This document shows positions 28,101-36,043 of a stretch of DNA of 40,911 nt, piece by piece (position 1 is the first letter of the stretch; each line of letters starts with the position of its first letter). The DNA comes from Armatimonadota bacterium (lineage in GTDB: Bacteria > Armatimonadota > Hebobacteria > CAIYQO01). Location: positions 1-40,911 of the forward strand of contig JBBRXO010000011.1 of assembly GCA_038248345.1 (NCBI GenBank), in the 5' to 3' direction. A model generated the notes under the pieces. That model was given only the letters and a program-made list of their open reading frames with translations. It was not told the origin of the DNA and did not search any database. A program made the translations under genes and the position numbers.

Positions 28101-30297
28101 CATCTGTGACGAACTGCGACAACTTATTCTGTACCGATGTTTCCAGAATAGAACCGGTATAAGGTTGGACACCGGGGCTATTCTGTACTGGGTACATATG
28201 GTACAACGGGTTTGGCGATGCCCATACTATCATCTTATCGCCGTTCTTCACTGCCAGCGGAGTACGCTTGTCGGACAATGATACCTGCGTTTGGATAGTC
28301 GGTTTATACTGGGTGAGTACCGAATCCGGTACTGCGCCGCGGCATATCACGCGCCAGACATCGGCCCCGCCGAATTCGCCAGCGGCAGTGAACGGGGAGA
28401 TTGTCGCCGGATCGCCGGTGCCACCGGTGAAGTAGTACATGCTGTTTAGATAAAAAGCGGGGTCATAGGTCATGGCAGCGGGCGGTAACCCCTGCGAGAG
28501 GAAACGCTGGCCATCAAGGTAGTCATCCACGAAAAGGATATTGCGGCCGCCGGTAAATGGTTGCGTGGTAAAGCCACCGACATTGTCGAAACGGCGACGG
28601 TTGCCATGCCAGGCGAGTAGCGCATCCTGCTGCAGGTGCGCGTTATCCTCTACAATCACATCCAGGATCCAGTCATTGGAAAGATTGAAGGGGGAGGAGA
28701 AGTGGCAACTGTAGATGCCATCATTAGCGATGACATCGCCGTTGATCCCCACCGGGCCATTGTCGCGCATCTCCACCCAGTGGCTCGGGACTTCCGGATA
28801 CCCCTGACCTTCGTCGAAGAGGCGTGGGGTGCCCGCACGGGCATAGTATCCCGGATTGCTGGTTTCCTGTGTGATATCGAGGAAGTTATTCGTTTGTGGG
28901 TTAAAGGGAAGGAACTCTTCCGGATGAGAACTCGGCGTCTGATTTCCCGAGGTGTCTATGTCGGAGCTGAGAGTGGTGATAACATGGTTGACACCCTTAA
29001 CATCGAGCTCCGCGGGATCCGGGTCTTTTACCTGCAGCCAGACGTGGGAGACGCCGGAGCCACCGTCACGCACCGGGACAGTCACCGTGATCATTTCGCC
29101 GGCATTGAAAGTTTTATTTTCATTGCCCACTACAGCCTGGGCGCGATAGCTTTTCGGCTGATCGGTTATGTAGGGAGCAGCGGAATCGTCGGTGGAACCG
29201 AGGAATATCTGCAAATGGCCGTTATCGAGGCGATCAAAGAGAATCTGGTCGGCTTTGGCAAGCACTGGGTTCGGGGCCGGGTTAAGCATATCCAGGAAGG
29301 TACCAGTGGAGGTGAAGCTCGGAGTAGCCGGCCCGGAATTCAATTCACCGCCCGCGCCCATGATCCAGATCTTCTTCCCGTTACCACCGCCGGCATCGGC
29401 ACGGGTGGAGAGGAAGACGATGCGCCCATCGGCTGTACCCCGTGGGAAGGTGTCATCACCATTCTGGGGGGTCGAGAGCTGAAATGGATCACCGCCGCCG
29501 GAAGGAATGGCGTCGATGCGCGTATGACTGCCCGGATTGATATGGGAATAAGCGATGATACCTGCCGGATAGGCGGCGGAAACCACCACTGTCGGCTGGC
29601 GATTGTCGCCCACATTTGTCAACACACGTGGCGCCGTATTTCCAGTAAGGGTGAGCGCATAAATCTGGGCGGTATTAGTAAAACCGGTCACCATGTCGAA
29701 ATACAATTCACTGGCGGAGGCAGGAACGGTCAATGTGAAGATTGAGTTGGTGACCGGACCATATAGTATAGTCTTCGTCCCCGTGCCCACGTTGATGCTG
29801 GCAATGGAGTAACTGGTGGTAGCGAGGTCCTGCAATACCGCAAAAATGGCGGTACCCGAAGGTGCCCAGGCAATTGCATTTACCGTATAGTTCTCCGCAA
29901 TAGCCTGTGGGTATACTAATTTCAGGCCGCTACCTTGCGGAGTGATGGTATAAATAGCGAAACGTCCGGCTCCGTTAGGGCCGATGGCGTCAAGCTGACC
30001 ATCATTATTGCTATCCACACCATTAGAGAGGAAAGCGATTCTATCCGCGTTAGGTGACCATGTTGCGTACTTCTGGTCGCTATTGGGCGCATTGGTGAGG
30101 TTGACGAAGGAAAGCCCTCCGACGCCACGCATAGACGCAGATTTATTGACTACAGAATTGGCGGACACACCGGCAGTCTGTGCAAGAGAGGCATCGCGCC
30201 CACCCAGACATAGCGTGACCAGTGTTACGAACAATGTCGCCAATAGTAACGAGACACCCGCTCTTCGGGCTTTCGATACAATGCCCCGATTATTCAC
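25162..30297 (-). CDS. Secreted protein (1711 aa): TolB/PD40-like beta-propeller, choice-of-anchor-X-like motif, alpha/beta domain, ~4 carboxypeptidase-regulatory-like domains, shared C-terminal module with FlgD-Ig
   Basis: SD AAGGAG, GTG start, signal peptide ending SLA. ATWSPNADRIAFLSN, AWAPSG, ADGRIVFLSTR (PD40). MRDNG..GDVIANDGIYS. G.V......V..A.V...TD..G.Y...L..G.Y repeats. GWNLVGDPF, QPYAGYW, WDRKDDNG. Confidence 0.88.
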   Translation of the reverse strand: MNNRGIVSKARRAGVSLLLATLFVTLVTLCLGGRDASLAQTAGVSANSVVNKSASMRGVGGLSFVNLTNAPNSDQKYATWSPNADRIAFLSNGVDSNNDGQLDAIGPNGAGRFAIYTITPQGSGLKLVYPQAIAENYTVNAIAWAPSGTAIFAVLQDLATTSYSIASINVGTGTKTILYGPVTNSIFTLTVPASASELYFDMVTGFTNTAQIYALTLTGNTAPRVLTNVGDNRQPTVVVSAAYPAGIIAYSHINPGSHTRIDAIPSGGGDPFQLSTPQNGDDTFPRGTADGRIVFLSTRADAGGGNGKKIWIMGAGGELNSGPATPSFTSTGTFLDMLNPAPNPVLAKADQILFDRLDNGHLQIFLGSTDDSAAPYITDQPKSYRAQAVVGNENKTFNAGEMITVTVPVRDGGSGVSHVWLQVKDPDPAELDVKGVNHVITTLSSDIDTSGNQTPSSHPEEFLPFNPQTNNFLDITQETSNPGYYARAGTPRLFDEGQGYPEVPSHWVEMRDNGPVGINGDVIANDGIYSCHFSSPFNLSNDWILDVIVEDNAHLQQDALLAWHGNRRRFDNVGGFTTQPFTGGRNILFVDDYLDGQRFLSQGLPPAAMTYDPAFYLNSMYYFTGGTGDPATISPFTAAGEFGGADVWRVICRGAVPDSVLTQYKPTIQTQVSLSDKRTPLAVKNGDKMIVWASPNPLYHMYPVQNSPGVQPYTGSILETSVQNKLSQFVTDGGRLFVIGKDLAQSLTAEGTKTNSFLTSTIGARLVSQTLAMTNLKGNSSISLNYQPFALQKSAFPSSSWYGDSLAAQRWPVIGTAKLPRNSNPSQYVTSNLTNPVGTWDVISPTGGAVAAIAASNDNTATDIVAITRELTSSGGRTAFWSFGYEDISSHVRAQAAGDTLDWLMDGSIKGTVVQENSLKPVEDALVVISQVTPGATSATDIVRVVAAARTDASGTYRVYGLRPGAHYRAKVTATGYFGTLEKSNIPVVGSKVTSSVDTSFFIYRDINTSTIWGYVKRGTAPVANAMVTAVPVGGGSTPKPVITDALGHYELTNLDSGQYAVSAVDSLGGPAATATPDPVVSAGEVKRVDLQFSSNVVVANQLSGTVVGSDGIRIVGAGVALTLNGAFISSTTSDLNGSFTFAGLAVGDYTVTTTASGFAGATQVVSYLPATGANITITMANVNGGTGAGQVFLKVYDGSSASALGGVTVEILASGNVITSKTTASAFSGSGTLSNIDFTLQPGSYQIRLSYTGRKTIIQSLAIAPGQIITGQVYRLDPLLTLRPGTMLYSFPGTYTQDFPELLGTDTTTLYNKIAGNYDNIGSTYQMYTGPGTLLLQPAKAYWMKLNAPLTVQTEGTPVDTTAPFTLPLQAGWNLVGDPFPFAVDLFDCSVTSPAGTVTFQNAQTTIPALIGGAVYGWNGSSYQIVTIMQPYAGYWVFAANQCVLNISNRSAVRTINPVTRRSVAQSGEWRVQLNLNANGMKDNCHYFGVSSAGHDGFDNTTDFRLPPAPDSAPAVLAFPHQDWGINNGQYATDIRSASGGEKKWVFTVTANTTASDITIDWPELQVQLPGGMQAILRDTVTGQQQYMNTVAGYSFRAAQVGEVRSFEVTVGARTAGISITNVQASLVRNGVVVKYSLSAPADVTVTLIQGVFRKVLLNGVPANAGVNTVIWDRKDDNGRLMPRGIYNCEVKVTDNMGRVIRTTTPFMLK

Positions 30298-30386
30298 GCG
30301 CGCAACTCCTTTTTTACTCTCGGCCGGAGTAGATTCGGGGATTATTACCCGGTAAAATCGTTATTACCTACACTAGATAACGATTG

Positions 30387-30415
30387 ATTATAACAACAGG
30401 TTATCAGATTGACAA
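30387..30415 (-). promoter_or_regulatory. sigma70 promoter of the surface-protein cluster
   Basis: Minus strand TTGTCA-17 nt-TATAAT with extended TG. It is followed by the inverted repeat AATCGTTAT...ATAACGATT and further short hairpins in the 5' UTR. Confidence 0.75.
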
Positions 30416-30450
30416 GCATATCGCTAATATTTCCGGGTTTAGCGGGCTTT

Positions 30451-31035
30451 TTACCCCAATAATTCATGATATAACTGCTTAATCTGCTGAATTGTCGCTG
30501 ATATCTCACCAGAATTATCGATGATATAATCAGCGCGAGCTGTTTTTACACCAGTTGGTAACTGGGCCGCTATCCGCGCTTCGGCCGCTATCCGGGTATA
30601 CCCGCGTGTGGTCATCAACCGGGTGATCTGTTGCTCCCGTGTGGCGACCACGGCAATGACGGCATCAAAACGAGCGTCTGCCTCTACCTCATACAATAAT
30701 GGTACTGCTACGATAATCAGCTTCTGTTTGCCTAGCGTTAGGATCTGATGAGCCACCTCGGCAAAGATCGCCGGGTGCGTAATCGCTTCCAGCCGTCGAC
30801 GCTCGTTGGCACCGGCAAAGATGAGTTGGGCGAGTTTCTCCCGGTCGAGTTCACCATCCGGACGGAAATATTCCGCCCCGAATGCTGTCTTAATGGAATG
30901 CCAGACCGGCTCACCCGGTTGGGCAAGCTGCCTGGCAATCACATCAGTATCAATGATCGGGACACCCAGGTCACGAAAATAATCCGTCACCAGTGTTTTA
31001 CCGGAGGCAATGCCTCCGGTAAGTGCGACAATCAC
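30451..31035 (-). CDS. coaE: Dephospho-CoA kinase
   Basis: ALTGGIASGKT P-loop, IIDTDVIAR, LDREKLA, LEAITHP, VPLLYE, ADYIIDNSG. The GTG start overlaps the rpsA stop (GTGA), suggesting translational coupling. Confidence 0.96.
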   Translation of the reverse strand: MIVALTGGIASGKTLVTDYFRDLGVPIIDTDVIARQLAQPGEPVWHSIKTAFGAEYFRPDGELDREKLAQLIFAGANERRRLEAITHPAIFAEVAHQILTLGKQKLIIVAVPLLYEVEADARFDAVIAVVATREQQITRLMTTRGYTRIAAEARIAAQLPTGVKTARADYIIDNSGEISATIQQIKQLYHELLG

Positions 31036-32396
31036 TCTTTTACTTCGCTCTCTGTTGCTTCGACTTCTTCCGCAGTTACCACGGGTTCTGCCGACTCAAC
31101 TTCTTCGACTTCGGTGGCTTCTTCCATGCTTGTCGGCTCTACAGCAGCAACTTCATCTTCAAACTCTTCTTCTTCGTTGAAGACGTTGCCGAGCATGTCG
31201 CCGATAGTCATTCCGCTTAGCGGGGCGCTCTGCACATAGGTGCTCGCTTCGCTATTCTCATCTAACATGGCCACCTGGCGTAGACTTAAGGTCATGCGGC
31301 GCTCGCCAGCACGCACGTTGATGATCTTCACCATCACGCGCTGATTGGCTCCCACCACCTCTTCGGGCTTGCGGATGCGGTGATCGGCCAGCTCGGTGTT
31401 GGGGATGATACCCTCGATACCGTGATCCAACGCGACAAACGCGCCGAAGGGCACCAGACGGGTGACAATACCCTCGACATCGTCGCCGGTAGCGTAGAAG
31501 TCATCCACATGCTGCCAGGGATCGGGCAGGATCTGCTTCAGACCGAGGCTGATCTTCTCGTTCTCCGGGTCGTATTTCAACACCATGATGTCGATCTTCT
31601 GGCCGGGCTTCACCACGTCGGACGGGTGATTAACGCGGCTCCAGGACATCTCGGTGACGTGCAGAAGACCATCGATACCACCAAGGTCAACGAAAGCGCC
31701 GTAATCGGTGACGCGGCGTACGACGCCACGGCGGATCTGGCCTTCTTCCAGGGTATTTACGGTGACGTCGCGACGAACCTTGCGCTCTTCTTCGACCGCT
31801 TTCTTCTGCGAGACGACCACGCGCTTGCGGTGACGGTCAACCTCGATTACTTTCAGTTTGATGCTCTGTCCGACAAAACGGTCCAGCGCATTGACGTTCT
31901 TGGTGGATACATGGGATGCCGGCAGGAAGCCGCGCATGCCCAGGTCAACAACCAGCCCGCCCTTAACGCGATCGATGACCATAGCGGTCAACGTCTCGTT
32001 CTCCTCGAAGGCCTGTATAATGTACAACCAGGCACGCTCATAATCGGCTTTCTTCTTGGAAAGCACGATGTTGCCGCCACGGTCGCCATTGTCGACGACA
32101 TATACATCGATGGTATCACCGACGGATATATCCAGAAAATCCTGTTTGGAAAGCTCGTCGGGCGGTACCAGACCTTCCGACTTGGCTCCTACATTCACCA
32201 GTGCGCCTTGCTCATCAATGCGCTCTACGGTGCCGGAGACAATCTCTCCTGAACGAAGGCCCTTCAGACCCATCTCCTGCGCCAGGAGTAACTCTTCCAT
32301 GCTCTGGAAGGCTTCCACTTCCGGAGCGCTCGCCGCGGCCTGTTTCACTATTGGTGAAGTCGGCGTTGACTGCGTCTTCTCGTCCTGCTCACTCAT
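31032..32396 (-). CDS. rpsA: 30S ribosomal protein S1 (four S1 domains, acidic tail)
   Basis: VGAKSEG, VKGGLVVDLGMRGFLPAS, DYGAFVDLGGIDGLLHVTEMSW, LVPFGAFV. SD GAGAGG favours ATG 32396 over 32402. Confidence 0.96.
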   Translation of the reverse strand: MSEQDEKTQSTPTSPIVKQAAASAPEVEAFQSMEELLLAQEMGLKGLRSGEIVSGTVERIDEQGALVNVGAKSEGLVPPDELSKQDFLDISVGDTIDVYVVDNGDRGGNIVLSKKKADYERAWLYIIQAFEENETLTAMVIDRVKGGLVVDLGMRGFLPASHVSTKNVNALDRFVGQSIKLKVIEVDRHRKRVVVSQKKAVEEERKVRRDVTVNTLEEGQIRRGVVRRVTDYGAFVDLGGIDGLLHVTEMSWSRVNHPSDVVKPGQKIDIMVLKYDPENEKISLGLKQILPDPWQHVDDFYATGDDVEGIVTRLVPFGAFVALDHGIEGIIPNTELADHRIRKPEEVVGANQRVMVKIINVRAGERRMTLSLRQVAMLDENSEASTYVQSAPLSGMTIGDMLGNVFNEEEEFEDEVAAVEPTSMEEATEVEEVESAEPVVTAEEVEATESEVKE

Positions 32397-32566
32397 AGCC
32401 ATATCCTCTCAAAGTAGTAGAATTGTGGGATCATTGCCCACATCCAGGTTTTCCTGGGGTTAAGACATTTCGTACCGGACAATTTACCCGGTCACTGGTG
32501 CCACCTGCTCCATAAAACAAGGTCACCCTGCGACTGTCCGCAACCAGATCACCTCTCGAACACTTA

Positions 32567-32595
32567 ACTTTACCGTATATGAAAAAAAAGAGCAA
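32567..32595 (-). promoter_or_regulatory. sigma70 promoter of rpsA-coaE
   Basis: Minus strand TTGCTC-17 nt-TAAAGT, giving a ~165-nt leader with several short hairpins. Confidence 0.55.
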
Positions 32596-32756
32596 TAGTT
32601 TTGCACGTTTAATCCCGACAATCTTCACAATTGGTGGAGATAGTTTTGATTATCCGCGGGGATATTAGCAGCAATTCTACCGCGATGGCAATAATTCGCA
32701 CAAAATCCCCCATATGCCGTAAAATATGGCTATCATAGCGAAGCGGGAGGCAGACG

Positions 32757-33635
32757 ATGAAGATAGCGCTGGCACAGATAGATTGTCGGCTGGGAAATAT
32801 CCCGGCTAATGCGGCGACGCACCAGGGGGCGCTAATTGCGGCGCAGGAGCAATATGCCGATTTCGTCGTCTTCCCGGAGCTAAGCCTCACCGGCTACCGG
32901 CTGCGCAGCAATATCCATCGCGTGATGCTCGATGATGACGAACTCGACGCGCAGTGGGCGGCTATCGCACCGATATACAAGGTTGACAACGAGATCTACT
33001 GCCTGCTGGGCTATGTGGAGCTGACGCGGCGGGCGGCGTTGCACAACACCATGGCATTGCTGCGCGCGGGGGAGGATCCGCTCTTCCGCCACCGCAAAGT
33101 CTACCTGCCCTCCTACGGCATGTTCGAGGAGGAGCGCTACATGCGCCCCGGCGACCGCTTCCGTGTTATTGACATCACCACCCGCGCGGGTGAGAACTGG
33201 CGCGTGGGGGTACTCTGCTGCGAGGACGCCTGGCACAGCAGCGCCTGGACGATCATGCAAGCACGCGGCGTCGACCTGGTGGTGGTGCCCAGCGCCTCCC
33301 CGGGCCGGGGCGTGGAGAGCGAGCGGCTGGGCAGCCAACGGAGCTGGTACGGCATCCTCGGCACGCACGCAGAGCAGGCGGGCTGCTGGGTGGCATATTG
33401 CAACCGCGTCGGCTTCGAGGACGACATCCACTTCTGGGGCGGCAGCGCCCTCTTCGCCCCCACCGGCGAGATCGTGCAGCAGTCCCCGCTGCTGGAGCCG
33501 GACATGCTGGTGGCCGAGATCGACAAACGCGCCATCACCACCGCCCGCCTGCTCACCCCCTTAAGCGCTAGCGAGGACTGGGCGCTGACGATCCGGGAAC
33601 TGCAAGGGGCTTATGGGGAGAAGATTGAGGAGTAG
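32757..33635 (+). CDS. Nitrilase-family (carbon-nitrogen hydrolase) protein, probable glutaminase subunit of a split NAD+ synthetase
   Basis: E-K-C triad: FPELSLTGY, HRKVYLPSYGMFEEERY, LCCEDAW; also SASP and NRVG..D..FWGGS. SD GGGAGG. Lies upstream of nadE. Confidence 0.9.
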   Translation: MKIALAQIDCRLGNIPANAATHQGALIAAQEQYADFVVFPELSLTGYRLRSNIHRVMLDDDELDAQWAAIAPIYKVDNEIYCLLGYVELTRRAALHNTMALLRAGEDPLFRHRKVYLPSYGMFEEERYMRPGDRFRVIDITTRAGENWRVGVLCCEDAWHSSAWTIMQARGVDLVVVPSASPGRGVESERLGSQRSWYGILGTHAEQAGCWVAYCNRVGFEDDIHFWGGSALFAPTGEIVQQSPLLEPDMLVAEIDKRAITTARLLTPLSASEDWALTIRELQGAYGEKIEE

Positions 33636-33641
33636 GGCATC

Positions 33642-33664
33642 GTAGCATGGGCGTCTCGCCCATG
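33642..33664 (+). repeat. GTAG-family REP
   Basis: GTAG-CATGGGCG-TCT-CGCCCATG. Inverted copy at 38900-38922 and a half copy at 38634-38646. Confidence 0.85.
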
Positions 33665-33698
33665 AACACGGGGTTGCAATTCCGAGCCTCATATTTTC

Positions 33699-34272
33699 GC
33701 TGGGATTGAAATCCCGGCTGCAGGGCGCTACGCGCCGGTCGTCCGCCTTCGCGGACTATTTCTGATTCGATGGTTTCTGAATTGGAAGGATGCTGATGCG
33801 AAACAATAAGATCGAGGTTTATATCCATTTTGTGTGGGCTACCTACGACAGATTGCCTACCTTGACGGCGAATATAGCGCGAGGCGTATACCGGAACATT
33901 GAACATGAGGCGCAGAAATTGAACTGTGACGTGCTGGCGATAAACGGAATCTCAGACCACGTACATGCATTGCTGAAGATGTCTACCACTGTTTCTATGG
34001 CAGAATGTGTAAAAATGATGAAGGGCGTGTCCTCGAAATATGGGAATGAAGCTATACTGCATGAAGAACTATATCAACAATCAGCGGAAGCATCATGACG
34101 AAAACATGCTCCGCACCGATTTAGAAGAATGCGGAGAGTATAACGACAATAAGACCAGGTAGCCGACAGGTGAACTGCTATCAATGAAACAAGTCCGCGA
34201 AGGCGGACGACCGGTCGAAGATCATGAGCTTGTCGAATGACAGTGCCCTGCAGCCGGGATTTCAATCCCAGC
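33699..34272 (+). mobile_element. IS200/IS605-like (RAYT-type) element: transposase remnant flanked by inverted bipartite REPs
   Basis: Left arm 33699-33757 GCTGGGATTGAAATCCCGGCTGCAGGGC...GTCCGCCTTCGCGGACT; right arm 34192-34272 is its inverted copy carrying a 26-nt insert. Confidence 0.85.
33796..34162 (+). pseudogene. tnpA: Y1 HUH transposase pseudogene (internal deletion plus frameshift)
   Basis: YIHFVWATYDR, HUH motif DHVHAL and KGVSSK are in the first frame (stop 34098). The catalytic helix KNYINNQRKHH is in the +1 frame (34061-34162). The intervening WQxGY segment is absent. Confidence 0.85.
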
Positions 34273-34300
34273 ATAAGACGATTAATGAGGTAAATAACCA

Positions 34301-35212
34301 ATGCCAAAATCAAACATATTGAATATCAACCCCGACCTAGTTCGGCGGATTCTGGTGAACGCCATTCGCCACACGGGCGAGTCTATCACCGGTAATGCAC
34401 GTGGGCGCTGGGTGGTGAACCTCTCCGGCGGGCTGGACTCGGCCATCGTCGCCTTCCTGGCGGCGGAGGCGGTGGGGGCGGAGAACGTGCGCGCGCTGCT
34501 GCTGCCCTACCGCACCTCGGTGGCCGCCAGCCGCGACGACGCCATGCGCGTGGTGGAGGCGCTGGGGATAGACTACCATGTGAATGAGATCACCGCCGCG
34601 GTGGACGGGCTCTATACTGCCAAGGGGCTGGATATCGCCGAACAGAGCGCCCGCGCGCGCGGCAACGTGATGGCGCGCACGCGCATGATCTTCGGCTACG
34701 AGGAGTGCGAGCGCTGGGGCGCGTTGATGATCGGCACCAGCAACAAAACCGAGGCGCTGCTGGGCTACACCACTATCTGGGGCGACAGCGCCAGCGCGCT
34801 CAACCTCATCGCCGACCTCTACAAGACGCAGGTGCGGCAACTGGCGCGCAGCATCGGCGTGCCCGAGGTGATCCTGGAGAAAGCCCCCAGCGCCGACCTG
34901 GAGGCGAACCAGACCGACGAGAGCGACATCGGCTTCAGCTACTTCGCGGTAGACAACGTGCTGGTGCGCTTCGTGGAGCACCTGATGACGCCCGAAGAGA
35001 TAATCACCGAGCTGGAAGCCACCCAGGGCGACCGCGACATAGACTGGCGCGCCTGCGTGGCCAAACTATGCGGCGTATGCACCCCGGAAAAGATGCGCCC
35101 CGGCCTGGTGGATATCATGGAATTCAAGCGCCGCCTGACGCCGATAGTCCCCAAAATCAGCCGTGCGACTATTGAGACGGATTATCGGCCACCGAAGCAG
35201 TGGGGGCGGTAG
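34301..35212 (+). CDS. nadE: NAD+ synthetase (synthetase domain only)
   Basis: PP-loop LSGGLDSA, GNVMARTRM, GTSNKTEALLGYTTIWGD, DLYKTQV, KAPSADL...QTDESDIG, EFKRR. Confidence 0.95.
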   Translation: MPKSNILNINPDLVRRILVNAIRHTGESITGNARGRWVVNLSGGLDSAIVAFLAAEAVGAENVRALLLPYRTSVAASRDDAMRVVEALGIDYHVNEITAAVDGLYTAKGLDIAEQSARARGNVMARTRMIFGYEECERWGALMIGTSNKTEALLGYTTIWGDSASALNLIADLYKTQVRQLARSIGVPEVILEKAPSADLEANQTDESDIGFSYFAVDNVLVRFVEHLMTPEEIITELEATQGDRDIDWRACVAKLCGVCTPEKMRPGLVDIMEFKRRLTPIVPKISRATIETDYRPPKQWGR

Positions 35213-35229
35213 TCTGAACCCGTATTTTC

Positions 35230-35362
35230 TGTCTGAACCCAGATTTTCTTGATTATAAGGATTCTCATGATAATCTCTTATCCATGGGGTTATTCTCCTG
35301 TCGGTCATGCTAGCCCAGTTATCAGGGGAATCATTATAATCCCATAAATCTGGGTTCAGACA
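35230..35362. repeat. TGTCTGAACC-type REP doublet (44-bp imperfect inverted repeat) between convergent genes
   Basis: 35230-35273 TGTCTGAACCCAGATTTTCTTGATTATAAGGATTCTCATGATAA vs revcomp of 35319-35362 TGTCTGAACCCAGATTTATGGGATTATAATGATTCCCCTGATAA. An extra GTCTGAACCC sits at 35212. Confidence 0.85.
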
Positions 35363-35368
35363 ATTTTT

Positions 35369-35866
35369 TTACTTGTGATTCAGCATCAAATCCAGATCCT
35401 CCAGCAGGTTCTGCAGGTCTTCCTCATGCTCTACCTCGTCGGTGAGGATGGTTTGTACCATCAGGTAGGTTACCTCGTCTTTGCCGCGCGTCAGGTTGAG
35501 GATCTTCTGGTAGACTTCTATGGCGCACTGCTCGCCGGCGATGTTCTGCTCCAGGATGATGCGCTCGTAGGGGTCATCGGGGGCATCAAAGCCGCAGTTG
35601 GTGTGGTTTAACCACTCCTGCGGGCTGGTCACCGGCACACCACCGAGCTGGATGATGCGGTTGGCCACCAGGCCGGCGTGGCGCAGCTCGTCCAGCGAGT
35701 GCAGGTTCAGCTCCGCCATCACCGCATCCTTCGTCGGGCCCTTCACCAGTTTGGCGCCCAGCCAGTACTGGTAGTAGGCCAGCCATTCATCCGAGTACGC
35801 TTTATTCAGCGTAACAATAAGATCGTCAACCGACAATCCCACAATTTCTCTACCTCTAGTTCCCAT
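35369..35866 (-). CDS. Ferritin-like DPS-like (DPSL/bacterioferritin-related) protein
   Basis: LNKAYSDEWLAYYQYW, DELRHA..ANRIIQLGG, two Cys (TNCG, EQCAI) as in thioferritin-type DPSL, DEVEHEEDL. SD AAGGAGG. Confidence 0.9.
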   Translation of the reverse strand: MGTRGREIVGLSVDDLIVTLNKAYSDEWLAYYQYWLGAKLVKGPTKDAVMAELNLHSLDELRHAGLVANRIIQLGGVPVTSPQEWLNHTNCGFDAPDDPYERIILEQNIAGEQCAIEVYQKILNLTRGKDEVTYLMVQTILTDEVEHEEDLQNLLEDLDLMLNHK

Positions 35867-36008
35867 AGTTGCCTCCTTAAATGTGTCAAAATTTCACTTT
35901 CCATCTCAGTATGTCACATATTTCAGTTCATCGATGTCAATCCCTGTCATACAATTACGACAATGAGCAGTACGTCAAACAAAATAATCTAATAGCATCT
36001 TTGCCCTG

Positions 36009-36037
36009 CTGACGTAAACCCTCAAATATGTTACGCT
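36009..36037 (+). promoter_or_regulatory. sigma70 promoter implying a leaderless PHP mRNA
   Basis: CTGACG-17 nt-TACGCT with extended TG; the ATG (36044) is 6 nt after the -10 and no strong SD is present. Confidence 0.5.
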
Positions 36038-36043
36038 AAGGTC

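Noticed and set aside
28636..29745. 369-aa plus-strand ORF, and the many other 60-244 aa ORFs overlapping the large genes between 1880 and 30355
   Set aside because: Antisense or alternative-frame shadows of T/A/V/G-rich coding sequence with no independent signals.
1910..30297. Labelling the cluster as curli (csg), flagellar (flgD/flgT) or type IX secretion genes
   Set aside because: Only isolated domain-level resemblance; no curlin repeats, flagellar genes or T9SS core components are in the window.
1910..30297. Horizontal-transfer island, since the cluster looks less GC-rich than nadE/purF
   Set aside because: The impression was not computed, amino-acid bias could explain it, and there is no integrase, tRNA or flanking direct repeat.
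31380..32252. 290-aa plus-strand ORF
   Set aside because: Antisense shadow of rpsA with no recognisable motif or SD.
34162..34300. tnpB or guide RNA next to the IS200-like tnpA
   Set aside because: No RuvC-like ORF; the space is occupied by the REP arm.
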